Positions 19,065-28,401 of a DNA stretch of 64,000 nt are shown one piece after another. The stretch covers positions 1 through 64,000 of the forward strand of contig CANLTW010000003.1 in the NCBI GenBank assembly GCA_947494155.1. The letters run 5' to 3'. The notes below the pieces were generated by a model. That model did no database searches. It was not told where the DNA came from and was given only the letters and a program-made list of their open reading frames with translations. The position numbers and the translations under genes were made by a program. Numbering within the stretch: position 1 is the stretch's first letter; each line of letters begins with the position of its first letter. This DNA is from Chlamydiota bacterium. Lineage in GTDB: Bacteria > Chlamydiota > Chlamydiia > Chlamydiales > RGXB01.

Positions 19065-20121
19065 TCGGTTTTCTTTTTTCTTTTTAAGTTTTCTTTTGGG
19101 CTGCACCTCGGTGAGTGAGGAGATCAATCCCAGTGTCCATTATAGCGTCCACGAGAAAATGATCCAATCTCTGCCAAGCGCCTTTACCCCTTTAACGCAA
19201 AATGAACTGGAAAAAACCTGGGCTACCGAGTATCGCATGGGCCTTTTTTTTGCTAAAAAGCTGGACCTTTACAGAGCCGTGACCTCTTTTCAGCGGGCCG
19301 AGTTTCTCTTAAGTGAAGAGCCTAATCCTGTCCTTTGCATGGATAGAAAACATGAGGTGGAGTACTACACGCTCTTATGCTACTCACTGGGAAAAAGGCA
19401 TGAAGACCTTGTGACAACATTCGAATCCTCCTCTTTAGCTTTTGTCAACCCGGACTTTAAGGCCTATAAAGATCTGTTACTAATCCTAGGAGAGGCCTAT
19501 GATGCGACCAAACAAAAACATAAAGCTTTTAGTGTCCATCAAGCGCTTGCTCAAAATTACCCCAAATCGGCACAAGCGGTGCTTATAGGTAGCGCATTAC
19601 AAACAGCTGACAACAAGACGGCTCTGGCGATTCTCCATCAGGAAAAGGGGGAAATTCTTACGCATGAGGTCTCGATCCAAAAAGCCCTCTCTCAATCAAT
19701 GCATCCCCACCACTTCTTAGCTTACGACCAACTTGAGGAGCATAAAACGGCTAAACTTAAATCTGTTATAGAACAAACACACACCTCTTATCTTGCTCAA
19801 AAAAAGTCCCCCTTTACAGCACAAATGCTCGGGGTTATTCCGGGGGGAGGCTATGCCTACCTGGGGCAGTACCAATCGGCAATCACCGCTTTTTCGGTTA
19901 ATGCTCTCTTCATAGGAACTGCAGCCTATTTCTTTTTGAACGGCAACGTCCCTGCAGGTGTTTTAACCACAAGCTTTGAAGCGGGTTGGTATTTTGGAAG
20001 TATTTACGGAGCAGGACAAGCGGCTAAAACCTACAATGAGCGCCTTTACGAGGCTTTAGTCCACCCCGTTATGGAAGAAAAAAAGCTTTACCCCTTACTG
20101 CAGTTGGAATATGGTTTCTAG
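18982..20121 (+). CDS. TPR-like membrane protein or lipoprotein paired with yidD (start uncertain)
   Basis: Lipobox-like FLLGC, TPR-like helices and a C-terminal IPGGGYAYLGQ plus TM segments. Confidence 0.7.
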   Translation: MSNKKISFVNKEIPRHLIEPSILSKGINRFSFFFLSFLLGCTSVSEEINPSVHYSVHEKMIQSLPSAFTPLTQNELEKTWATEYRMGLFFAKKLDLYRAVTSFQRAEFLLSEEPNPVLCMDRKHEVEYYTLLCYSLGKRHEDLVTTFESSSLAFVNPDFKAYKDLLLILGEAYDATKQKHKAFSVHQALAQNYPKSAQAVLIGSALQTADNKTALAILHQEKGEILTHEVSIQKALSQSMHPHHFLAYDQLEEHKTAKLKSVIEQTHTSYLAQKKSPFTAQMLGVIPGGGYAYLGQYQSAITAFSVNALFIGTAAYFFLNGNVPAGVLTTSFEAGWYFGSIYGAGQAAKTYNERLYEALVHPVMEEKKLYPLLQLEYGF

Positions 20122-20485
20122 CTTACTTATTTTTTTGGCGATCAAAGGGTATGTCGAACCTTGGGGAAAAGATAGCGCTCTTGCAAAAAAACCGATCCCA
20201 AAAGTTGTCTTGAAAGAGAGTGAGGGCTTTTTTGGGAAAACTTTGGAGAACATCATTTTATTTCACCAAGAGGTGCTCTCCCCGATCGACGGCCCCAGAA
20301 GCCATTTTAGACCCACTAGCTCCCGCTATACTCTTTTGAGCATCCGCCGTTTTGGCCCTTTAAAAGGGTGGCTGAAAGGGATGGACCGGCTGATGCGCGA
20401 AAATAGCGACCCTTGGGTGTACCGCACAATCTTGATAGACGATATCGAGTACAAGTGGGATCCCAGCTACGAAACGCCCCCTTGA
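20111..20485 (+). CDS. yidD: Membrane protein insertion efficiency factor YidD-like
   Basis: FHQEVLSPIDGPRSHFRPTSSRY..SIRRFGPLKGW..GMDRLMREN, a Cys-less version of the YidD motif. Confidence 0.8.
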   Translation: MVSSLLIFLAIKGYVEPWGKDSALAKKPIPKVVLKESEGFFGKTLENIILFHQEVLSPIDGPRSHFRPTSSRYTLLSIRRFGPLKGWLKGMDRLMRENSDPWVYRTILIDDIEYKWDPSYETPP

Positions 20486-20565
20486 GCGGTTCTACCAGCC
20501 TACCGCACCTCCACCATAAAACGCCCCCTTGAGTGGTTCTACCAGCCTACCGCACCTCCACCATA
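20472..20565. repeat. 47-bp direct tandem duplication with one mismatch
   Basis: aaacgcccccttgag(c/t)ggttctaccagcctaccgcacctccaccata occurs at 20472 and 20519. Confidence 0.95.
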
Positions 20566-21566
20566 GTTGAGAAGAGGGCCTCTTTGGGAATTTTCACACA
20601 CTCAGTCCTATCATCATTCACCCCCATGCTGACAAAGAAATTGTCGCTATTTTGCCTTATTCCTACAGGGTAGAGGATTTTCTTGGGATTTTTAAACAGA
20701 TGGTAGGCTCCCGGATAAGAGAGGGGTTTGATGGTCAATCGCTTTAAAAGAAATGGGGGAGAAGAATCAAAAGCATATGCTCCCACAAAATAGACGTATC
20801 GGTTCCAGGAGACATATGAGCGGGTAATTCCGGAACGGATGTGAAAAAATCCCACATACTCTCCATTACACTCCACTGCGGGAGTCCCCCCCGAAAGTTT
20901 TGGAGTTTCTCCAGGTATAAAGAGCTCTTGTTTAGTCAAAATCTTACAGTATCCATCCTCTTGGTACTCTAAAACAGTCCAAGGATTTGTCTCGTAAAGG
21001 AAATAGAGCTTGTCGAGGTGTACAAAAGGGACCCAGTTTTTTTCGGTCTGTTTAAGCCCCCCCTCTTTGGTAAGAGCCTGAATTTTTTGTACGACCAATC
21101 CCTGCCCCTCCCTCTGCAAAAAAGCCAAATGGATTCTGCGTTGCCCCTGAATGAGATCGTTATATACGCATACAAGTTGATCTTTAAAAACAAATAGGCG
21201 GGGATCCTCTGCATGCTGAGACCTCAAAAAAAGCCTTTTGAGGTTGGATACCATATCATGAGAAAAATTCCCCACGTAGATATAGGAGTTACCTTTATCA
21301 ATTTTTCTTAAAGCCATCCATTGACCACCTTCAAAGTCTACAAAAGCCCCATTAGTAAAGTGCCCCTCTTCAAAAAGGGTTACCTCCTTGGGTTCATGCA
21401 AAAGGTTATCAAAAGAAGAGAATGCTGACACTCGACCAAATAGAACCAAAAAGAGGTAGCATACAGCGCAAAGGCCCAGGACAAAATAGAAAAAAAACCA
21501 TTTTATCGGTGTATCCAGAAACTTCAAATACGAAACAGTCAGAGTTGTAGAAATAGAGCACCTCAA
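20547..21566 (-). CDS. Membrane-anchored five-bladed beta-propeller glycosidase/glycosyltransferase-like protein
   Basis: EDPRLF, EKNWVPF and GGTPAV motifs, with an N-terminal TM anchor. Start uncertain. Confidence 0.65.
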   Translation of the reverse strand: MRCSISTTLTVSYLKFLDTPIKWFFFYFVLGLCAVCYLFLVLFGRVSAFSSFDNLLHEPKEVTLFEEGHFTNGAFVDFEGGQWMALRKIDKGNSYIYVGNFSHDMVSNLKRLFLRSQHAEDPRLFVFKDQLVCVYNDLIQGQRRIHLAFLQREGQGLVVQKIQALTKEGGLKQTEKNWVPFVHLDKLYFLYETNPWTVLEYQEDGYCKILTKQELFIPGETPKLSGGTPAVECNGEYVGFFHIRSGITRSYVSWNRYVYFVGAYAFDSSPPFLLKRLTIKPLSYPGAYHLFKNPKKILYPVGIRQNSDNFFVSMGVNDDRTECVKIPKEALFSTMVEVR

Positions 21567-21679
21567 GTTAGCTTCTTTTCATTTTATTCGTTTGCCCCCT
21601 TTCTTTTCCATTTTTTCGGTAAAGAAACACCATTTTGTTTTTATAAAATACGTTTTTTTCGAACAAAAAAAAGAGCCCC

Positions 21680-21997
21680 TTAGAGCAGATCTATCTCGAA
21701 ACGCTCCATCGAATGTACGATAGTTTTTACCTTGGTATAGTGGGCCAGCGCCCTGAAAAAGATCCCCAAAAAAATGGTTCCACACAGGCATTTTGATAAC
21801 AGATGAAACCCTTTTTCAGCGATGATCTTCGCTAAACCAAAGCCCGACAAAGAGTAAAGTATAATCTGAGATATAGCATCTCTGGATCTTTTTAAATTTG
21901 TGGAGATATTTCGTATTCCGCAGTCGGTGATCAATTCTTTTTGAATTTTAGAGAAAAAAAGGCTGTTGACAAACATATTCACCACCGACAGTTTCAA
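21680..21997 (-). CDS. Small hypothetical membrane protein
   Basis: About 100-aa ORF filling an otherwise empty gap, with two short hydrophobic stretches. Confidence 0.35.
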   Translation of the reverse strand: MKLSVVNMFVNSLFFSKIQKELITDCGIRNISTNLKRSRDAISQIILYSLSGFGLAKIIAEKGFHLLSKCLCGTIFLGIFFRALAHYTKVKTIVHSMERFEIDLL

Positions 21998-22143
21998 TGA
22001 GAAAAAACGTGCAAAAGACCTTAAAAAGAGATTTCTTTTTAAGAATCTGTTAAGAACCTAAAGAAAATTGCGATTATTTACAAGAAATCTCTTGATGCAA
22101 AAACAATCTGGATAGGGCGTAGGATCAGTTTTTTTAAAAAGGT

Positions 22144-23562
22144 CTACCTTTCTCGTCTTTCAATCCAGGTCGCACGCTTTCTTGTTCGCATTCTAATAGG
22201 AGTACCCACAAAGCCCATTTCCGAACGGAAACGGTTTTCTAAATACCTCAAATAACTAGGCACTACCTCTTCCTGGTTACAGAAGATCACAAAGCTCGGT
22301 GGAGCAGTGGAAACCTGGGTAAGATAAGAGATGCGTGTGGGTCGGCCTCGCACACTGGGAGGAGATTGATGCATCAATAGATTTTTCAACCATTTATTTA
22401 ATTCGGCTGTAGAGATACGTCGATTTCTCGATTCATAGCTCTTTAGACAAGCGCTCTTCAGTTGGTCGGTATTACGACCGGTCTTTGCAGAACCGATAAC
22501 AGGCAAAAAGCAGTTTAAAGAGGGGTCTTGTTTGATCGCTTGCATCACGTGTTCCATGCGAATCGCTTTAACCAGATCCCATTTATTCAAAAAGACAACC
22601 GCACCCTTCCCCGCTTGAATCACCATATCGGCGATTCTTCGGTCATGGTCTGTTACCCCTTGCTGTACATCCAAACAAACGATGCAGACATCTGCCGACT
22701 CTATTGCCTCTTGTGTACGCATCGCTGCAAATTTTTCAATGACAGTGGCCTCTTTATGCTTCTTTCGCACTCCCGCTGTATCGATCCAAATACAGTCCTC
22801 TTCTTCGACATAAATGGCATCCCTAGTCGTTCCAATGAGATCCGATACCAGTACCCGCTCTTCTCCAATAAGAGAATTAAGCAGAGTTGATTTCCCTACG
22901 TTTGGCCGCCCGATTACCGCTATCTTTGGCTTTTTTTGAACCGGCGCCTCCTCCTGAGGGGCAGGCTCAAACGGATCTAGCTGTTCTTCATCCAAACAAG
23001 CTTCGGGATCGAATGGGGTAATCCCTTTAGAAAGGAGAGCTGCATCCATCAAAGGCTCTAACCCTCTATTATGTGCAGCAGAAATGGCAAATACGTCAGC
23101 ACCCCCCATTTTTTTATAAGGGTAGACGTCTACAAGCTCATACGACTCACATTTATTGACAACGGTGAAGAGCGGCTTGTTCAAATTTAATTTGAACAAC
23201 CAGTCGCGTACTTGCAGATCGAGAGGTTGCACGCCCACTTGACCATCCACTACAACAAAGATAACGTCTGCTTGGCGCGCCTCTTTTTCAGCCCCCTCAA
23301 GGATATGCGCATCATAGGACGATCCCTGAAATATCCCCCCTGTGTCCACAACCCGTATGTCGGTTAATGGATCCCAGCCGGCAGTTGCATGAATACAATC
23401 CCGCGTTACCCCCGGCTCATCATGAACGATCGCAACACGTTTTTTTGCTAAACGGTTGAATAGACTCGACTTCCCGACATTTGGGCGGCCGACGATAACT
23501 ATATGCAAAATATTTTTTTCTGTTGCGGTCAACACGGTGAAAAATTTCCTCTTAAGAGACAT
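22144..23562 (-). CDS. der: Ribosome biogenesis GTPase Der
   Basis: Two GRPNVGKS G-domains, DTGG/DTAG, NKC/NKWD and a KH-like C-terminus. Confidence 0.96.
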   Translation of the reverse strand: MSLKRKFFTVLTATEKNILHIVIVGRPNVGKSSLFNRLAKKRVAIVHDEPGVTRDCIHATAGWDPLTDIRVVDTGGIFQGSSYDAHILEGAEKEARQADVIFVVVDGQVGVQPLDLQVRDWLFKLNLNKPLFTVVNKCESYELVDVYPYKKMGGADVFAISAAHNRGLEPLMDAALLSKGITPFDPEACLDEEQLDPFEPAPQEEAPVQKKPKIAVIGRPNVGKSTLLNSLIGEERVLVSDLIGTTRDAIYVEEEDCIWIDTAGVRKKHKEATVIEKFAAMRTQEAIESADVCIVCLDVQQGVTDHDRRIADMVIQAGKGAVVFLNKWDLVKAIRMEHVMQAIKQDPSLNCFLPVIGSAKTGRNTDQLKSACLKSYESRNRRISTAELNKWLKNLLMHQSPPSVRGRPTRISYLTQVSTAPPSFVIFCNQEEVVPSYLRYLENRFRSEMGFVGTPIRMRTRKRATWIERRER

Positions 23563-23669
23563 CAAATTATAGAAGAATTCTTGTTAAAACAAAAGGCAAA
23601 AGGGTGTCATAGAGACTTTTCAAAAAAAAACTTCTCTTCACTTGCCAAAAGAATATGCTAATATTTTCT

Positions 23670-26600
23670 TTATAAATTTTTCATGGAATGGTCTAACCGA
23701 CGCATCAGCTCCATCAACTCATCGTGGCTGAGTTGTTTATCCTCATCGGCGCTGTCATAGGTCAAAATCTGCTCGGCCAGCTGCTTTTTCTTCTCGATGA
23801 TCCAGTCGATATCCTCTTCTATGGAGTCTTTAGATAAAAATTTAAATACCTGCACACCTTTTGTCTGCCCAATTCTGTGCACCCTATCGGTCGCCTGGTT
23901 TTCTTTTGCAAAGTTCCACCAACGGTCATAGTGAATCACCACGGAGGCTTTTGTTAAATCAATCCCCACCCCTGCAGCCTGGATAGTACCGATGAATACT
24001 TCACACTCCGGATCGTTTTGGAACCTCTCCACCTCCCCTTTACGATCCAAGGTAGCCCCATGCAATTTGGCGTACCCAATCCCTTGAGTTTGTAAATAGT
24101 GTTCAAAAATGGCGACCATATCTAGAAACTGTGTAAATACCACCACTTTTTGCCCACTAAGACGCGCTTCATGCAAAAGCTCTACAAAAAGATCCCACTT
24201 TCCCGATTGGTGCGACATGTAATTGGGGACATCTTTCAGTAAAAGAGCAGGATGATTACATATCTGCTTAAGTTTAGTAAGAAGGGCGAATATGTGTATT
24301 GTAACCTGTCTATGCGGATCTTTTTCTATCTCTTGATCTATCACCTCTTTAGAAACGCGATACATGTTTTTGTATAGCTCTTTTTGCTCGTCGGAAAGAT
24401 CGACAGTAATCACCTCTTCCATCTTGTCAGGTAGATCTAAAAGAACCTCTTTTTTGTTCCGTCGCAAAATGAAGGGGCGAATTAGCCGCATCAGCACCTG
24501 CGCCCTCTCCTGTGATTGCCCCTTTTCTATAGGATTGACAAACATCTCTTTAAACATCGCATCCGAAGGGAGAAATTTGGGTAGAACAATATCGATCAAC
24601 GATTTTAATTCCAGAAGCCTGTTTTCAATTGGGGTGCCGCTGAGTCCTATACGCATCTTAGCATTCAGTGTAAGGAGCACTTTATGGATTTGTGAGCTCT
24701 GATTTTTTGCCACCTGCATCTCATCAAAAACAGCCAGGTCAAATTCTAAGCCGCGAAAATCGGATTTATCACTTCTCAAAACCCCATAGGAGGTCACCAA
24801 AATATCTTGCTCAAGGGAGGGTTTTTTTCTGATCGGTCCGTGGTGCAATCGCACTGTCAAATGGGGCAGGAATTGGTGTAGCAGCTTCTCCCAGTGGTAC
24901 ATTACTGAGGTGGGAGCTACAATAATGCAGAAGGGTTTCTCCTCTTTTTGGACATTATGCACTGCTGCAATAATCGACATTGCCTGGTGGGTTTTTCCCA
25001 ATCCCATATCATCGCATAGAAGTCCGCTTAATCCGAAACGGTAGAGTGCGTAAAGCCACCGGGCTCCGACCTGCTGATAGGGCCTCAAGGTGCTCTTTAA
25101 TCCCTCCAAAGGGGGCTCCTCCTGCTTTGCAGCATCAAAGCTCTCAAAGAAATTCACCCACTCCAATGAGGCCTTCTCATCCACCTCAATATTTTCAAAA
25201 ATTTTCAATTTGAGCCAATCGAGGGGGTTCATATCGATCCACTCCCCTTTTTTAGCCCCTTTTTGCATCCATTGGAAACGGGGATCTTTGAGGTGAATCG
25301 CACCTGCAGGGGACAAAAGCATCCCCTTCAAACCTCTTAAAGCCTGATCCACCTCTTTAATGGATACCTCCCCAAACTCAGAGCGAAACACAAGGCGCAT
25401 TTTCCAACGCCCCTTTTCGGACTTTGCATCGGTCAGTACCAATTTGAGATTCTGTGGAATCTTAAAATGGGGATCGAGGTTTTCTGTGAACGGAATTAAC
25501 CTTACAAGCTCCTGGGTGATAAAATAGGGGACCTCATCCGCTAAAATAAGCTGCGGTTCTGTATAGCGTTCGGGCAGCCTTTGTTCTATGGGGACCTCGT
25601 AAAAGCCTAGGTCTTCAAAATATAAAAATTCTGCAAATGGGGTGATTTTTGCTGTCCCCTCTTGAACATAAACCGGGTGAACAACAATCTGTTGAAACTT
25701 GTTGAGACTCACCTCCAGATAGCAGCGCTTAAGGATCGGCTTATGGATAAAAAAAGCGCGAATAGCCTCACACTCCTCCCGATTTTCCCGAATGAAAGTT
25801 GCGATCTCCTCCCTTGGGATAGTCTTTTTGATAGCCGATTTTGCGCTGGTACCCCGCACTTTTGGGAAAAACCCGCTCCCCTCAACATACAGGATAAAAC
25901 CGAAATCTAATAGCCCTTTTGCCGATTGCCCCTCCTCCTTTTCAGGTTCGATGACTAAGGCATAAGGGAGCATTTTATAGGCGAGGCTTGCCTCTACAGC
26001 CGACGAATGGATCTGAAAGCCGGGCTTATCTTGGAGCCACATCCGGTGTTTTTCCACAAAAGAGTAGACATCTTGCCGTTTGACAAGCTTGGTCACTTCA
26101 TGAAACGGCGTAGGCATGACCCTAAAAAAACCCTTTTTTTCCAGGTACGCAAAACCTTGGTAAAGGTGCGCATTGACTCTCTCTAGATCCCCTTTCTCGA
26201 AAAGATAGGCTTTTATATTTAATGATTGCTCTTTATCAAAGAAGAGGTCGTGCTTGAGGGCGATAGGTTTGAGGTGGATTGGTTCTTTTAGAAATTTCTG
26301 GGCTAAATCCAAATTTCGACTCAAGAAAAATCCCACCTCATTTTTTTGAATAATCAGACTTAAAATCATCGGATCAATGGTTTTTCTTAAAAATCCAAAC
26401 CCTTCAATCCACTCATAATCCCCCACATCTCCCCGTTTGCGATCATGGGGAATTTCCATAGGGATTTTCTTCGTATGAATCTCCAAAGTCCCCCCACCCT
26501 GATTATAGCGGAAGGTCTCGATTTGTCTATCTCGATAAGGGAAAACTTTTATGTTCGTTTGCACACCATGAAGCAAAGAGATGAAGGGGCGCCAACTAGT

Positions 26601-27224
26601 TAAAGCCATAGAAAGTTTCACTGTCACTTTGCCCCGGCGATACTGAAGATTTGTAGGCACCCCGTCTTTGGTGCTATCCACCTCTAGAAAAGGTTTTTCC
26701 TCCATCGTGAACAGGGTTTTAAAAAGATCTTGGAAGGGGCTGAGCTCAAAACTCAATCGATCTGACGGACGCCGCCTTCTGAACAACTCCAGTTCCTTCA
26801 TGGGCAAGTTAGAGAATTTGATCGAATTCGCCTCGTTTTCTTCGACACGATTCTCCAAAAGATCAAAAAGGGTTTTTTCCCAGACTGGATCGGTGCACTC
26901 TATAGAAAAATGGACAAAACTTTCCACAACAACAAGAATTGCATTCCCATCCCTGAAAAAGGTAGGGTTCATCCCGTGGCGCCTATACAATAAAAAGGCT
27001 ATCTGCTCCTCTAGCGAGCCTCCGTAACGTTTGTGTAAAGGTAAGGGTGTACCACCATAAATCCGATCAATGGCTTGACCGATATGCGCGCAATTCCCCT
27101 CAGCCGAAGCCTTTTCACAGTTGCAAAAGCGATCTACCGCCTCTCTCCCCTCCCCGAGTTGCAAAAAAACCCAAATGCCGTCAATTTCAACCTGGTAGGT
27201 CTTATCACTAAAAACAATATTCAT
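23670..27224 (-). CDS. SWIM-finger SNF2-family helicase
   Basis: N-terminal CNC..CAH, then DDMGLGKT, DEMQ, SGTPIEN and QATDRVHRIGQ. Confidence 0.92.
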   Translation of the reverse strand: MNIVFSDKTYQVEIDGIWVFLQLGEGREAVDRFCNCEKASAEGNCAHIGQAIDRIYGGTPLPLHKRYGGSLEEQIAFLLYRRHGMNPTFFRDGNAILVVVESFVHFSIECTDPVWEKTLFDLLENRVEENEANSIKFSNLPMKELELFRRRRPSDRLSFELSPFQDLFKTLFTMEEKPFLEVDSTKDGVPTNLQYRRGKVTVKLSMALTSWRPFISLLHGVQTNIKVFPYRDRQIETFRYNQGGGTLEIHTKKIPMEIPHDRKRGDVGDYEWIEGFGFLRKTIDPMILSLIIQKNEVGFFLSRNLDLAQKFLKEPIHLKPIALKHDLFFDKEQSLNIKAYLFEKGDLERVNAHLYQGFAYLEKKGFFRVMPTPFHEVTKLVKRQDVYSFVEKHRMWLQDKPGFQIHSSAVEASLAYKMLPYALVIEPEKEEGQSAKGLLDFGFILYVEGSGFFPKVRGTSAKSAIKKTIPREEIATFIRENREECEAIRAFFIHKPILKRCYLEVSLNKFQQIVVHPVYVQEGTAKITPFAEFLYFEDLGFYEVPIEQRLPERYTEPQLILADEVPYFITQELVRLIPFTENLDPHFKIPQNLKLVLTDAKSEKGRWKMRLVFRSEFGEVSIKEVDQALRGLKGMLLSPAGAIHLKDPRFQWMQKGAKKGEWIDMNPLDWLKLKIFENIEVDEKASLEWVNFFESFDAAKQEEPPLEGLKSTLRPYQQVGARWLYALYRFGLSGLLCDDMGLGKTHQAMSIIAAVHNVQKEEKPFCIIVAPTSVMYHWEKLLHQFLPHLTVRLHHGPIRKKPSLEQDILVTSYGVLRSDKSDFRGLEFDLAVFDEMQVAKNQSSQIHKVLLTLNAKMRIGLSGTPIENRLLELKSLIDIVLPKFLPSDAMFKEMFVNPIEKGQSQERAQVLMRLIRPFILRRNKKEVLLDLPDKMEEVITVDLSDEQKELYKNMYRVSKEVIDQEIEKDPHRQVTIHIFALLTKLKQICNHPALLLKDVPNYMSHQSGKWDLFVELLHEARLSGQKVVVFTQFLDMVAIFEHYLQTQGIGYAKLHGATLDRKGEVERFQNDPECEVFIGTIQAAGVGIDLTKASVVIHYDRWWNFAKENQATDRVHRIGQTKGVQVFKFLSKDSIEEDIDWIIEKKKQLAEQILTYDSADEDKQLSHDELMELMRRLDHSMKNL

Positions 27225-27835
27225 GGCAGAGTCCCTAAAAAGACCTGCCGAACGGGACCCTCAAGCCAAGTTAAGGACTCTTTCCATTCCACCAGCAATT
27301 TCTCACCGGATGTAAATTCGGCCAAAATGTTAGACCCTACTCTTTTTTTTCCGTTGAGTTCCAAAAAGGTAGCGATAGCGCCCGAACCGCAGGACGATGT
27401 TTCGCCTACACCACGCTCAATCGTTTTCATTAAAACTCTATCATTTTGGATTACTTTGACGTAGTTACAGTTGATGTCTATAGGTTCATGAGAAATCGCT
27501 CTGGGATCCTCCACCTCGATAACCTTGTGGTATTTTCTCGGATCGGGGTAGCTAACACAACACCCCCCCGGAAAAAATTTCACCTGATGTTCCCCCAAAG
27601 CCGTTTTCAGAAGTGTTTTTTTAGCATGAATAGCTGCGACTCTAAGGCCATTACCACAGCAGAAGGCTCGACTCCCATCTTGATTAAAGAAATGGACAAG
27701 GTCCCCTTCTAGCCAAATCAAGCCGTCAGCTCCTATCCCCTGTCTGCGATCACACACCACATCAATTGCTTGCGGGAGTTGATCGCAAACGATGAAATCG
27801 TTGCCGGCGGCTACGTATTTGGCAAATACAATCAT
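27221..27835 (-). CDS. dapF: Diaminopimelate epimerase (short form)
   Basis: GNDF, GIGADG, CGNG and ERGVGET.SCGSGA motifs. Confidence 0.9.
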   Translation of the reverse strand: MIVFAKYVAAGNDFIVCDQLPQAIDVVCDRRQGIGADGLIWLEGDLVHFFNQDGSRAFCCGNGLRVAAIHAKKTLLKTALGEHQVKFFPGGCCVSYPDPRKYHKVIEVEDPRAISHEPIDINCNYVKVIQNDRVLMKTIERGVGETSSCGSGAIATFLELNGKKRVGSNILAEFTSGEKLLVEWKESLTWLEGPVRQVFLGTLP

Positions 27836-27837
27836 GG

Positions 27838-28401
27838 TTAGATATCTTCGATGCTTGTGATGATCCTGTCGATTAAACCAAACCGGACAGCCTCATCGGC
27901 CGTAAGCCAATAGTCTCTGTCAAGAGCGCGCTCAACCTCTTCTAAGGACTTGCCAGTCGCTTCAACATAGAGCTTTACCAACTCTTTTTTTGTTTTGATA
28001 ATCTCTTCAGCAGTGATCTTAATATCGGATGCCTGCCCCTGAGAAGTTCCCCCGATTCGTGGTTGGTGGATCATAATTCTAGCATGGGGAAAACAAAAGC
28101 GACGCCCTTTACCGCCAACTAAGGAGAGGACGGAACCCATAGATGCAGCCAAGCCGTAGACAATCGTGTTCACCGGATTTTTGAACGACTTGATTACATC
28201 CCAGATCGCGAATCCTTCACTTATGGAACCGCCGGGGCTGTTGATCATAAAGTGGATCGGCGCGCGAGAATCCATGGAATTCAAATAGAGTAGCTCATCA
28301 ATAACCCGTTTGGAGCTTTCAGGCATCACCGCATCATGGAGCATTACAATACGGTTATTCAAACGCTTTTCATGGATCGTATCAATTAATTTGTATGACA
28401 T
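27838..28401 (-). CDS. clpP: Clp protease proteolytic subunit
   Basis: INSPGG, AASMGS, MIHQP and DRDYW motifs. Confidence 0.95.
   Translation of the reverse strand: MSYKLIDTIHEKRLNNRIVMLHDAVMPESSKRVIDELLYLNSMDSRAPIHFMINSPGGSISEGFAIWDVIKSFKNPVNTIVYGLAASMGSVLSLVGGKGRRFCFPHARIMIHQPRIGGTSQGQASDIKITAEEIIKTKKELVKLYVEATGKSLEEVERALDRDYWLTADEAVRFGLIDRIITSIEDI

Noticed and set aside
20472..20565. Possible mini-CRISPR array
   Set aside because: Two abutting copies with no spacer, no leader and no cas genes.
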